A stretch of DNA of 62,478 nt from Gemmatimonadales bacterium (lineage in GTDB: Bacteria; Gemmatimonadota; Gemmatimonadetes; Gemmatimonadales; GWC2-71-9): NCBI GenBank assembly GCA_036002655.1, contig DASYTD010000139.1:1-62478 (forward strand), in the 5' to 3' direction. Of the stretch, positions 52,644 through 62,177 are shown piece after piece. A program made the position numbers and the translations under genes. Numbering within the stretch: position 1 is the stretch's first letter; each line of letters starts with the position of its first letter. Below the pieces are notes generated by a model. The model was not told the origin of the DNA. It did not search any database and saw only the letters and a program-made list of their open reading frames with translations.

Positions 52644-54298
52644 CAGTCTTTCACTCCCGCTCCGGCAGCACGGCGGGTACGACCCGTGCGGTCACGCCGC
52701 GTCCGCAGCTCTTCCTGTCCGATGGACCGCAGCACTTGGTCGGCTTGTGATTGGCTCATCCCACCGGCGTTTCCCGCCTGCGGCGGGGGTGGCGGGGGGG
52801 GCGGGGGTGGCTGTCCGGCGGCGCCACCACCTCCTCCATTCCCCGGAGACGGTGGCGGCGGATTCGACTTGTTCTGTCCACCTCCGCCCCGTAGCCGATT
52901 CACCAGCTCCAGATTCCACTTCGCGCGAAGGTGGTGGGGCTGAAGCAACAGCGCCTCGCGATACGCGCGCTCTGCATCGGCGAGATGCGTCTCGCGATTG
53001 GCGCTGTCGGCCTTCGCCTCGAGCAGCGCGAGGAGACCGAGATTGTAGAGCGCGCGGAACCGCAGCTCGGGATCGAGTGAGGCCGCGGCGCGCGCCAGGC
53101 TCGCCCGGGCGAGCGCGGGATCGCCGGCCGCGAGGCTTGCGGTTCCGGTGTTGTACCACGCCGTGTCATCGTCCTGATGTGCCTTGAGCTCCGCGAGGTA
53201 AGCAGCCGCGGCGCCGCGGACATCGCCCTGGTCCCAAGCTCGCTCGGCCGCGGACCGCGGCCGTTGCGCCTGCGCCGCGGGCGCGATGAGGAGCAGTAGC
53301 CCGACCAACGCGGCCGTCCGGCGCGTGAAGGTCTGGATCGTCAACACAACGCCCGCGAGCAGTAGGGGAATCCACGCGCGTGGCCGCCCGCGCTGGGTGC
53401 GGCTCTCCGTCGCCGTCGCGCGTTTGTACGAGGCCACGAGATCGCGCACCGCGCCCGCTTGGTCCGGGAGCTCGGCCGCGACGATCGTTCCTTGCGCCGC
53501 ATCAGCGACCGCGCCGAGGACGTCCTCGCGCCGGCTGGTCATGATCGGATTCCCCGATTCATCCTGCTGCCAGGCGAGGAGCGTGCCCCGGTCGTCGCGC
53601 ACCGGAATCTTCGCGGGCTCCCGTCCCCCTTCGGCCACGAGAATCAGATGAATGCCGAGCCCCGCAAGGCGCCGGGCTTCCTGCAGCGATCGCTCGAGAG
53701 AATCGTGGGCCTCGCCGTCCGTGAAGATGACCAGGACCCGATCGGCGATCTCGGGGCTGGCGTGCAGCAGCTCGATGCCTTGCGCCAGCGCTGGCGCGAG
53801 AGACGTCCCGCCCTCCGAAGCGATGTCGGGATCGAGCGCGTCGAGATACAGCGTGAGAGCCGACCCATCGACGGAAAGCGGTGACAGGATGTAGCTCGTG
53901 CCCGCGAATGCGGCGAGACCGAGGCGGTCACCATCGAGATCCTGCACCAGGCGCCGCGCTTCCCGCAGCGCCCTCCCCAAGCGGCTCGGCTTCGCGTCTT
54001 CCGCCAACATCGAGCGCGAGATGTCCACGGCCAGCACGAGATTGAGTCCCCGCGTCTCGGTGACGATCCGTTCTTCGCCCCAGCGCGGACCCGAGAGCGC
54101 GACCGCCGCGAGCCCTGCGGCGAGGCCGAGGGCGGGAGCGCCAAAGCGTCCAGCGGCGCGGGCGATGCGCGCGGTGGCTTCGGACCACGCGGCCGCCCGG
54201 CGCAGACGGGAGCGACGCGCCCAGGCGGCCGCGGACCATACCGCGCCCCCGACGATCGGCGCGAGCGCGAAGACGATCGGAGCGTCGAACGCGATCAC
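52640..54298 (-). CDS. BatB-like VWA protein fused to a BatC-like TPR region
   Basis: GTG start at 54298 (GTGA overlap). VWA MIDAS motif LVLAVDISRSM, then TM, then TPR, then a Pro10/Gly-rich tract, then the MSQSQADQVLRSIGQEE tail. Confidence 0.75.
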   Translation of the reverse strand: MIAFDAPIVFALAPIVGGAVWSAAAWARRSRLRRAAAWSEATARIARAAGRFGAPALGLAAGLAAVALSGPRWGEERIVTETRGLNLVLAVDISRSMLAEDAKPSRLGRALREARRLVQDLDGDRLGLAAFAGTSYILSPLSVDGSALTLYLDALDPDIASEGGTSLAPALAQGIELLHASPEIADRVLVIFTDGEAHDSLERSLQEARRLAGLGIHLILVAEGGREPAKIPVRDDRGTLLAWQQDESGNPIMTSRREDVLGAVADAAQGTIVAAELPDQAGAVRDLVASYKRATATESRTQRGRPRAWIPLLLAGVVLTIQTFTRRTAALVGLLLLIAPAAQAQRPRSAAERAWDQGDVRGAAAAYLAELKAHQDDDTAWYNTGTASLAAGDPALARASLARAAASLDPELRFRALYNLGLLALLEAKADSANRETHLADAERAYREALLLQPHHLRAKWNLELVNRLRGGGGQNKSNPPPPSPGNGGGGGAAGQPPPPPPPPPPQAGNAGGMSQSQADQVLRSIGQEELRTRRDRTGRTRRAAGAGVKDW

Positions 54299-55275
54299 GG
54301 CACGCGCACCGCGAACGTGCCAGCGACAACCAACTCGAGCGCGAGGGCGAGCAACCCGATACCCAGCGGCCAACGATAGGCTTCCTCGTAGCGGCGATAC
54401 ACGAGGTGCTGCACCGGCGTTTTCTCGAGCCGATTGATCTCGCCGAAGATGTTGGAAAGCGATGCGGCATCGGTCGCGCGGAAATAGCGGCCGCCGGTCG
54501 TGTGCGCCACTTCGCCGAGCAGCTGCTCGTCGATCTTCACCGGCATCGTCTCGTACCGCAAACCGAGCGGTCCCTGCCCCGTCGGCACCGGCGCTTCGCC
54601 CTGCGTCCCGACGCCGATCGTATAAATCCGGATGCCGAACGTCGCCGCGGCCTGCGCCGCCGTGCGCGGATCCACGGTGCCTTTGTTGTTCTCGCCGTCG
54701 GTCAACAGCACGACGACTTTGCTCTTTCCTGGAGCGCGACGCAAACGGTTCGCGCTCGTGGCGATTGCCGTGCCAATCGCGGTGCCGTCTTCCAGAATGC
54801 CCACCCGCAGCTGGCGGATCGCCTCCTCGAGCACCTGGTAATCCGTCGTGATGGGCACCTGCGTCAGCGCTTGCCCCGCAAAGGCGACGAGCCCGATCCG
54901 ATCCGAGGAACGGGCGCGCACGAATTCCGTCGCCGTCCGGCGAGCGACATCGAGTCGATTGGCGGGAGAGAAATCTTCGGCGAGCATGCTGCTCGAGATG
55001 TCGACGGCGAGGACGATCGAGATGCCCTCGCTGCGCAGCTCGGCGCGCGCTGATCCGAGCCGCGGCCCCGCCGCGGCGATGATCCAGGCGGCCAGGCAGA
55101 GCGAACGCAACGAAACGGGCAGGCGGGCGATCCACAGCCGCTCGGCCGGCCCCAGCGCCGGGCGAACGTCGCTCATCGACGCGCCCGCGAGACGGCTGAG
55201 CCGCTTCGCGCGCCACCACCACCAGAGGGGCAACGCCGCAAGCAAGAGTAGGAGCAGCGGCCGCGCGAACGTCAT
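54295..55275 (-). CDS. batA: BatA-like VWA domain membrane protein
   Basis: Start set to MTFARPLLLLLLAALPLWWWW (ATGA overlap). Contains IVLAVDISSSM and a C-terminal TM. Confidence 0.8.
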   Translation of the reverse strand: MTFARPLLLLLLAALPLWWWWRAKRLSRLAGASMSDVRPALGPAERLWIARLPVSLRSLCLAAWIIAAAGPRLGSARAELRSEGISIVLAVDISSSMLAEDFSPANRLDVARRTATEFVRARSSDRIGLVAFAGQALTQVPITTDYQVLEEAIRQLRVGILEDGTAIGTAIATSANRLRRAPGKSKVVVLLTDGENNKGTVDPRTAAQAAATFGIRIYTIGVGTQGEAPVPTGQGPLGLRYETMPVKIDEQLLGEVAHTTGGRYFRATDAASLSNIFGEINRLEKTPVQHLVYRRYEEAYRWPLGIGLLALALELVVAGTFAVRVP

Positions 55276-56123
55276 CGCTGCCCCGCCCCCCCCGGCTCCC
55301 GCTTCGCTCCGTTGCCGCCGAGCTCGCGCGCGAGGGCGCGCGCGCGCGCGGCCAAGGGCGCGACGTCTACGCCGTGCGCGGTCGCGAAGGCGACCTGATC
55401 GAGCGCTTGGAGCAGCTCCCGCAGATCCCGCAGCGGCGCGTCGGGCCGCGCCCGCTCCACCGCCGCCAGACATTCGGATGTGCTGAGCGCCTCATGGGCG
55501 TCGGGGATCACGCGCGCGACCGCGCTGCGCAACTGATGGGCGGCGCGCGCCGCTACCGCCTTCGGCTCTCCAGCCGCGAGCCAGCGCGCATCCGCCACTT
55601 CGGCATCGACGGGAAGTCCGGGACCCGCCGTCATGACGCGGGGCGAGCGGCGTTTCCAGCCGATCAGGATCAGCAACGCGCCGACGGACAGGAGAACCGC
55701 GGCGAGCACGGGAATCGCGTTGACGCGCGCAAGACGTAATGGGTCAAGCGCGGGCTGTGGCGCGGGTGCCCGCAGTGTATCGGGGATGACGCTGGCGACG
55801 CGGAAGGTCGCGGTGCCGCCCGCGAGGGAGTCCGACGTGCCATCAGGCCCGAGTCGCCAAATGGGCGGCATGTCCACGTCCGCGACACCCGGCACCCACT
55901 CCACGATGAAGTACCGGACTGTCCAGCCACTCGATGTGGGCACCACCGCGACATCACCCAGCTGCTCCACATCCGTATACCCCTCGAGTTTGCCGGCGCG
56001 CACGCGCCACCCGGGCGACGTCGGGATCGTGCGCTCGAGGCGGATGGTGTCGCCGACGGTCGGATGACTCGGCGCCGCGGTCCAGCCGTCGGCCTGCAGC
56101 AAAAGGACGAGCAGCGCGATCAT
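55272..56123 (-). CDS. hypothetical single-TM protein of the MoxR/Bat operon (positional equivalent of DUF4381-type proteins)
   Basis: Start set to MIALLVLLLQADG (ATGA overlap). Has a central TM (IPVLAAVLLSVGALLILIGW). Confidence 0.5.
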   Translation of the reverse strand: MIALLVLLLQADGWTAAPSHPTVGDTIRLERTIPTSPGWRVRAGKLEGYTDVEQLGDVAVVPTSSGWTVRYFIVEWVPGVADVDMPPIWRLGPDGTSDSLAGGTATFRVASVIPDTLRAPAPQPALDPLRLARVNAIPVLAAVLLSVGALLILIGWKRRSPRVMTAGPGLPVDAEVADARWLAAGEPKAVAARAAHQLRSAVARVIPDAHEALSTSECLAAVERARPDAPLRDLRELLQALDQVAFATAHGVDVAPLAARARALARELGGNGAKREPGGAGQR

Positions 56124-56998
56124 CGGCTCAACCGCCGCGCGCGTTCGGCGAAGGCGCGCCGCAGCGGGACGGCGTAGGGAACCGTCGTCTGGAGCGACAC
56201 GCGGTCCACGCCCGCTTGCACCAGCTTGCGAGTACGCTCCTGCTGCATCCGTTCGGCCGCCACGCGGATGCGCGTCCGCGTGGCCGCGTGGCTCGTGTCG
56301 ACGAGCAAGCGCTGACCGGTCTCCGCATCCTCCAGCTCCACCCATCCCGCGTCGGGCAGATCGTACTCGCGCGGATCGTCGATCGTGATCGCGACCACCT
56401 CATGGCGGGCGGCGAGCCGTGCCAGCGGCTCCTCCCACGCCTCTGCGCGGAAATCGGAGAGCACCACGACGATGGCGCGATGCCGGAGCAGCTTGGTCGC
56501 ATAGCCGAGCGCGCCGGCGAGGTTCGTGCCCCGCCCTTTGGGGGTGAAGGCGACGAGGTCGCGGATCACGCGCAGCGCGTGCGCGCGTCCTTTGGCCGGC
56601 CGCACGATCAGCTCCGGCCGGTCGGCAAACAACAGCGCGCCCACGCGGTCGTTGTGACGCGCGGCGGCCAGCGCGAGGACGGCGGCGACTTCGACGGCCA
56701 GGCCCGCCTTCGTGTAGGGACGCCCGAAGTGCAGCGACCCGGATTGGTCGACGATGAGCAGGAGGGTGATCTCCCGCTCTTCCATATATGTCTTGACGAA
56801 GGGGTGCCCCATGCGGGCGGAGACGTTCCAATCGATCGAGCGGAAATCATCGCCCTGTTGATAGGCGCGGACTTCCGCGAACTCGATGCCCTGTCCGCGA
56901 AACACCGAGCGGTATTCGCCCGTGAACAGCGTGTTGACGAGGCTGCGAGTCCGGAGCTCGATCCCCTTGACCAGCCGGAGGACGTCCCGGGTGATCAC
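56120..56998 (-). CDS. DUF58 domain protein
   Basis: GTG start at 56998 (GTGA overlap). Contains GEYRSVFRGQGIEFAEVRAYQQGDDFRSIDW. Confidence 0.85.
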   Translation of the reverse strand: MITRDVLRLVKGIELRTRSLVNTLFTGEYRSVFRGQGIEFAEVRAYQQGDDFRSIDWNVSARMGHPFVKTYMEEREITLLLIVDQSGSLHFGRPYTKAGLAVEVAAVLALAAARHNDRVGALLFADRPELIVRPAKGRAHALRVIRDLVAFTPKGRGTNLAGALGYATKLLRHRAIVVVLSDFRAEAWEEPLARLAARHEVVAITIDDPREYDLPDAGWVELEDAETGQRLLVDTSHAATRTRIRVAAERMQQERTRKLVQAGVDRVSLQTTVPYAVPLRRAFAERARRLSR

Positions 56999-57969
56999 GG
57001 CACTCCCACGGCCTCCAGGATGCGCGCGATGACCTGATCCGCGTCCATGTCTTCCGCTTCCGCTTCGAACGTGAGCAGCACGCGGTGGCGCAGCACGTCG
57101 AACGCCATCGCCTTGACGTCCTCGGGCACGACGAACGCCCGGCCCCGGAGGTAGGCGTGTGCGCGCGCGGCCTGCGCCAGGTAGATCGAGGCGCGCGGCG
57201 ACGCGCCGAAGGCGATCAGCGGCTTCAGCTCCGCCAAGCCGACGGTCTGCGGCTCGCGCGTCGCGCGCACGGCATCGACGATGTAGTCGACGACCTTCTG
57301 GTCCATAAACAGCTCGGCGATCGCGCTGCGCGCCGCGAGAATGTCCTCGGCCTCCGCGACGCGCGTCACCTCGATCGGCCGGCCCGACGCCATGCGACCG
57401 ACGATCTCCTTCTCGGCGTCGCGCGACGGATACCCGACGCGCACCTTGAGCATGAAGCGGTCGAGCTGCGCCTCGGGCAGCGGATAGGTGCCCTCGTGCT
57501 CGATCGGGTTCTGGGTGGCGAGCACCAGGAACGGCTCGCCCAGGAAGAACGTCTCGCCGCCGATCGTGACCTGCTTTTCCTGCATCGCTTCGAGCAGCGC
57601 GGACTGCACCTTGGCGGGCGCGCGGTTGATTTCGTCGGCGAGCACCAGATTCGCGAACAGCGGACCCTTCTTCGGATAGAACTCCTGCGAGCGCTGATCG
57701 AACACCATCGTGCCGATGACGTCGGCGGGCAGCAGGTCGGGCGTGAACTGAATGCGCGAGAAGCTGATGCGCAGACATTCCGCCACCGTCTTCACCGCGA
57801 GCGTCTTGGCGAGGCCGGGCACGCCCTCGAGCAGGATGTGGCCGCCGGTGAGCAGGCCGATCAACAGCCGCTCCACCATGACCTCCTGCCCCACGACACG
57901 TTTCGCGACTTCGCGGGTGATGGTTTGCGTCAGCACCGCGTCGTTCGTCTTCGCCGCCCGTGTCGTCAT
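56995..57969 (-). CDS. moxR: MoxR family AAA+ ATPase
   Basis: 324 aa. Contains GHILLEGVPGLAKT and LADEINRAPAKVQSALLEAMQE. Confidence 0.9.
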   Translation of the reverse strand: MTTRAAKTNDAVLTQTITREVAKRVVGQEVMVERLLIGLLTGGHILLEGVPGLAKTLAVKTVAECLRISFSRIQFTPDLLPADVIGTMVFDQRSQEFYPKKGPLFANLVLADEINRAPAKVQSALLEAMQEKQVTIGGETFFLGEPFLVLATQNPIEHEGTYPLPEAQLDRFMLKVRVGYPSRDAEKEIVGRMASGRPIEVTRVAEAEDILAARSAIAELFMDQKVVDYIVDAVRATREPQTVGLAELKPLIAFGASPRASIYLAQAARAHAYLRGRAFVVPEDVKAMAFDVLRHRVLLTFEAEAEDMDADQVIARILEAVGVP

Positions 57970-59501
57970 CGGAGCGACGCCTCGGCCGCCCGCTTCACCG
58001 TCGGCTCCTTGTCCCGCGCGTAGAGCTCTAACAATGCTTTCGCCTCCACTCGATCCAATCGCGCCAGCCCTTCGATGGCTGCGGCACGCACGAAGGGCGT
58101 GCGGCGCGGCTTGCCACCGGGCTCGGAAAATTTTGCCAGCACTTCCAGCGCCTCGGTGGCGCCGAGCTGGCCGATCGCTTTCAGCAACGCAGCCAATACC
58201 CCCTCGTCTTTCTCCTGCTCCAGCCGCCGTATCAGAACGGTGGTCGCCCCCACGTCGCCGGCCGCCGCAATGGCGCGCGCCGCCGCCGTCCGCACCAGCA
58301 CCGACTCGTCTTTCAGCGCCGGCATGGCCGGCCTGGAGATCTCGCGACCGCCCAGCTCGGCGAGCCCGAGCAGTGCCGCTTCGCGCACGCGCTCGTCGCC
58401 GTGGCGCGTCAGGTTGATGAGCAGCGGCGCAATCTGCGGGCTGCCGCTCAATCCGAGAAACTCGGCCGCCGCGGCAACCACCTCGGGGACCTTGCTCTCG
58501 ACCTGGCTCTGTAACAGCTCGACCGTACGCTCGCCGGCCTCGCGCATCGCCGCCCGGTACGCTTCGCGCAGCTCGGGTGCCGCGTGAAGATAGGCGTCCA
58601 CGACAAGACCAGCAGAGACGGCGCCCAAGGCGCCGACTGCCCGGACGAGATGCGCGCGCTCGGCGGGCGGCACGCGCGGCTCGCCGAGGCGCGTTACCAT
58701 ACGCTCCACGATAGCCTCATCCGCAAGCGCCCCCGCCACCTCACCGATCGCCTCCTGGATCGCGGGATCCTGGATCTTGCCGAGCGAGCGGTCGAGGCCC
58801 GCCACGACCTCCGCGACGGCGCCGATATCGCGTAGGGCGATCACGTCGGGCGCGAGACGTCGCAGCTGCTCGATGCTGGCGCGCTGCTCCTCCGCCGTGG
58901 TGGCCGCCTGCAGCGCCGTGATGGCGCGCCGCGCTTCGACGTCGGCGGGCAGGACGTTAGGACGGAAGACCCCGCTCTGCAGGGGCGGCGAGAGAGGCGG
59001 CAGCGATTGAGGCGGCGGCGCGGGGGCGCCGACAGACGGCGGCGGCGATTGAACCGGTGGCGAAGGGGCGGCGACTTCCCCAAGGGCGCGCGAGGCAGAG
59101 AGCCGCTGCGTTGCGCGCCGGCCCAACAGCACTGTGATCCGCCCGAGCAGCGCGTCATCCGGCGCGACGTTCCCCACCGCCACGCCGAACAAACCGAGCC
59201 AATGCTCCGGCGTTACTCCGGGATTGACCTGGATCGCGCGAATCCCGCGGGCGAACAACAATCCGGCGAGCTCGGCGACCTGCGTGTTGCGTGGCAACAA
59301 GTGCTGCCCGTGCCAGTGCAGCCCCGTCGCCCCGATTTTCCATTCCACCGTGCCGAGTGCCGCGAGCCCGGGCAACGCCGTGGTGACCTGCCGCATGGCC
59401 TCGAGCACCGCCGGATGCGACGGCGGATAGAGCCGCGTCAGCCGGAAGGTCGTCCCGATCGCGCCGAGCGCGCGGTCCACTGCTCCAGTGTCGATCGCCA
59501 T
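57966..59501 (-). CDS. HEAT-repeat protein with N-terminal Y-P-x-x-H-P domain (third paralogue)
   Basis: Start set to MAIDTGAVDRALGAIGTTFRLTRLYPPSHPAV. Has a Pro-rich linker and C-terminal HEAT-like repeats (GDERVREAALLGLAELG, DESVLVRTAAARAIAAAG, EPTVKRAAEASL). Confidence 0.7.
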   Translation of the reverse strand: MAIDTGAVDRALGAIGTTFRLTRLYPPSHPAVLEAMRQVTTALPGLAALGTVEWKIGATGLHWHGQHLLPRNTQVAELAGLLFARGIRAIQVNPGVTPEHWLGLFGVAVGNVAPDDALLGRITVLLGRRATQRLSASRALGEVAAPSPPVQSPPPSVGAPAPPPQSLPPLSPPLQSGVFRPNVLPADVEARRAITALQAATTAEEQRASIEQLRRLAPDVIALRDIGAVAEVVAGLDRSLGKIQDPAIQEAIGEVAGALADEAIVERMVTRLGEPRVPPAERAHLVRAVGALGAVSAGLVVDAYLHAAPELREAYRAAMREAGERTVELLQSQVESKVPEVVAAAAEFLGLSGSPQIAPLLINLTRHGDERVREAALLGLAELGGREISRPAMPALKDESVLVRTAAARAIAAAGDVGATTVLIRRLEQEKDEGVLAALLKAIGQLGATEALEVLAKFSEPGGKPRRTPFVRAAAIEGLARLDRVEAKALLELYARDKEPTVKRAAEASLR

Positions 59502-59503
59502 GG

Positions 59504-60217
59504 TTAGTGCTTGATGCGCTCGATGGCTCCAATCTCTTGCCGGCTCAGCTCGCGCCATTTGCCTTCGGGCAGCTTGCCGAGCCGCACGGGCCCGTATGCG
59601 ACGCGATGTAACCATTCCACTTTGAGATCCAGCGCTTCGGCGATGCGGCGCACGATGCGCTGCCGTCCTTCGGCGAGGGTCAGCTCCACTTCGACCGACT
59701 TGCCCGCCGGGCGGACGCGCGATTCCAGGACGCGCACGGCGCGACCGTCGATCACGATTCGTTGCGCGAGCGCCTCGCGGATGGCGCCCGCGTCCGCACC
59801 GTGGACGCCGAGCCAGTACGTGCGCGGCACCTCGTAGCGCGGATGCATGAGCCGGTGAGCCGCAGCCCCGTCCGTGGTCAGGAGCAGCAGCCCCGATGTC
59901 ATCACGTCCAGCCGCCCAACGTACGTGAGACCGGGCACCTTGGGGAGGAGGCCGAAGACGGTGCGGCGCCCTTCGGGGTCGGAACGGCTCACGACGTAGC
60001 CGATCGGCTTGTTGAGGGCGATCCACGTGGTGCGCGCGGCGCTGCGGACGACGCGGCCGTCCACGGTGATGCGCTGCGTCTCGGGATCGGCGCTCATCCC
60101 GATCGTGGCGATCTGGTTGTCCACCCGCACGCGGCCGGCGCGGATCAAGTCCTCCGCCTTGCGGCGCGATGCGACGCCCGCGCGCGCCAGGGCGCGCTGC
60201 AGGCGCATCAGCGTCAT
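59504..60217 (-). CDS. rluB: pseudouridine synthase, RsuA/RluB family
   Basis: Start set to MTLMRLQRALARAGVASRRKAEDLI (S4 domain; ATGA overlap). Catalytic GRLDVMTSGLLLLT. Confidence 0.8.
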   Translation of the reverse strand: MTLMRLQRALARAGVASRRKAEDLIRAGRVRVDNQIATIGMSADPETQRITVDGRVVRSAARTTWIALNKPIGYVVSRSDPEGRRTVFGLLPKVPGLTYVGRLDVMTSGLLLLTTDGAAAHRLMHPRYEVPRTYWLGVHGADAGAIREALAQRIVIDGRAVRVLESRVRPAGKSVEVELTLAEGRQRIVRRIAEALDLKVEWLHRVAYGPVRLGKLPEGKWRELSRQEIGAIERIKH

Positions 60218-60768
60218 CCGGGTTCGTCGACGGGCGTGGGGGGGGGGCGCCGCAGGGCGACCGACAGCTCCTCGAGCCGCGGCAGATCCTCGAGATCTTT
60301 CAGTCCCAGAATCTCCAAGAACGACGGCGTGGTGCCGTACAACAGCGGGCGGCCCAATCCTTCGCCGCGCGTCACCACTTCGATGAGTCCGCGCTCCACC
60401 AGCTTGTCCATCACCGCGCCGGAGTCCACGCCCCGGATCTCGTCCACTTCGAGCCGGCCCACCGGCTGCCGATACGCGATGATCGCCAGCGTCTCGAGCG
60501 CAGCCGGCGACAGGCGGCGCGGGCGCAGCGCGAACTGCGCGCGTTCGATCGTCTCCGCGTACTCGCGCCGCGTGAGGAATTGCCACCCCTCGGCGATCTC
60601 GACGAGCTCGACCCCGTGTTGGTCACCGTACAGGCCGCGGAGCTCGGCGAGCGCCGCGCGAACGGCGCCCTCCCCCGCCTCCGGCTCGAGCGACGCCAGC
60701 TCCTCGAGCGTCAGCGGGCGCGACGCCGCAAACAGCGCGGCTTCAAGCAGCTTCGCGAGGGGTTGCAC
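60214..60768 (-). CDS. scpB: segregation and condensation protein B
   Basis: 184 aa. Contains LEAALFAASRPLTLEEL and AIIAYRQPV. Confidence 0.85.
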   Translation of the reverse strand: MQPLAKLLEAALFAASRPLTLEELASLEPEAGEGAVRAALAELRGLYGDQHGVELVEIAEGWQFLTRREYAETIERAQFALRPRRLSPAALETLAIIAYRQPVGRLEVDEIRGVDSGAVMDKLVERGLIEVVTRGEGLGRPLLYGTTPSFLEILGLKDLEDLPRLEELSVALRRPPPTPVDEPG

Positions 60769-61480
60769 GCGTAATCACCATCGGGCCGAATGGTTCGGAC
60801 TGCGACAACGTGAGGAAGCTGCGCTTGGCGAGCTCGAGCAGCGCGATGAACGTCGAGAGCACGTCAACTAAGGAGGCGTGCGGCCCCACCGCATCCCGCC
60901 ACCCGAACGTTGCGTGCTCCGCTAGCAGTGCCTGGATGCGCGCCGTCGCGCCCTCCACATCGAGCGGACGCGGCACCACGCGATGGAGCATGGGCTCTGG
61001 AATCAACGCAATCACGCGTTCCGCGGCCGCCAGCAGGTCGTTCAAGTCGATCTGTAACGGTGCCGGAGGCGCATCGGGGGGAGGAGCCTCGTAGCCGCGC
61101 CCGAACCGCTCGGCGCGCACATCGGCGGCGTGGCCCAGCCAGTCCACCAATTCGCGGATCTGCTGGTACTCAAGCAGCCGCCGCACCAGCTCCGCGCGGG
61201 GGTCTTCCCACTCGTCATCGCCCAGCCGCCGCGGCAGCAGCATCTGCGCTTTGATGCGCAGCAGCCGCGCCGCCATCTCGAGATAATCGGCGGCCTGGTT
61301 GAGGCCCAGCTCATTGATCACGGAGAGGAACTGATCGGCGATCTTCGCGATCGGCAGGTCGGTGATGTCGACCTCATCCTCACGAATCAGGTGCAACAGC
61401 AGGTCGAGCGGGCCGGAGAACTTCTCCAGCTCGACGACGAAACCCGATTGCTCGGGCGGACGAACGAGTGGGCTCGTCAT
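60743..61480 (-). CDS. scpA: segregation and condensation protein A
   Basis: Start set to MTSPLVRPPEQSGFVVELEKFSGPLDLLLHLI (ATGA overlap). Confidence 0.85.
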   Translation of the reverse strand: MTSPLVRPPEQSGFVVELEKFSGPLDLLLHLIREDEVDITDLPIAKIADQFLSVINELGLNQAADYLEMAARLLRIKAQMLLPRRLGDDEWEDPRAELVRRLLEYQQIRELVDWLGHAADVRAERFGRGYEAPPPDAPPAPLQIDLNDLLAAAERVIALIPEPMLHRVVPRPLDVEGATARIQALLAEHATFGWRDAVGPHASLVDVLSTFIALLELAKRSFLTLSQSEPFGPMVITRATPREAA

Positions 61481-62172
61481 GTGAGCAGCCACGGGGGAAT
61501 GGATCCCGGGAGGGCGAGCGGATACACGATTCTCATCGCGACACCCAACAGCTTGATGCCGGGCCACATGAAGACGTCGATGACACCCGGGAGGAGCCAC
61601 ATCACCAGCAAAATGGGAATGATGCCCAACGCATAGAGCTGGCGATACTGCATCCCGGCGGCCGGCGGCAAGACCTGCTTGAGCACGTGACTGCCGTCGA
61701 GCGGCGGAATGGGGATCAGGTTGAAGCACGCCAGTACCAGATTGGTCGACATGCCCCAGAAAAACATCCGCTGGAGGAGCCCCAGGCTCGGCGACGTAGT
61801 GGACAGCGCATGCGCCAGTGTCCCGACGAACGCAAACGCGATGGCGCTGAGCACGAACAACGCCAGGTTGGTCGCGATCCCGGCGAGCGAGACGATGATG
61901 TCGCCGCGCACATACTGGCGATAGTTGCGCGGATTCACGGGCACCGGTTTGGCGGCACCGAACACAAACGGCGCGTGGCTGATGATCAGGATCGTCGGGA
62001 GGATGATCGTCATGACCGGATCGATGTGCTTCACCGGATTGAACGTCAGCCGGCCGAGCATATAGGCGGTGGAATCGCCCTGTCGATAGGCTGCTTCAGC
62101 GTGGGCATATTCATGCGCCACGATCGAAAACAACAAGACGGGGATCTGTAGAAGGATATCCTCGACTGGCAC
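61477..62172 (-). CDS. site-2 protease family (M50) zinc metalloprotease
   Basis: 231 aa, polytopic. HEYAHA zinc motif and NLIPIPPLDGSH. Confidence 0.8.
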   Translation of the reverse strand: MPVEDILLQIPVLLFSIVAHEYAHAEAAYRQGDSTAYMLGRLTFNPVKHIDPVMTIILPTILIISHAPFVFGAAKPVPVNPRNYRQYVRGDIIVSLAGIATNLALFVLSAIAFAFVGTLAHALSTTSPSLGLLQRMFFWGMSTNLVLACFNLIPIPPLDGSHVLKQVLPPAAGMQYRQLYALGIIPILLVMWLLPGVIDVFMWPGIKLLGVAMRIVYPLALPGSIPPWLLT

Positions 62173-62177
62173 GTGCT

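Noticed and set aside
54299-55222. Upstream extension making a single 860-aa ORF 52640..55222
   Set aside because: The extension overlaps batA in another frame and is Arg-rich. A GTG at 54298 overlaps the batA TGA and precedes the genuine BatB N-terminal TM segment.
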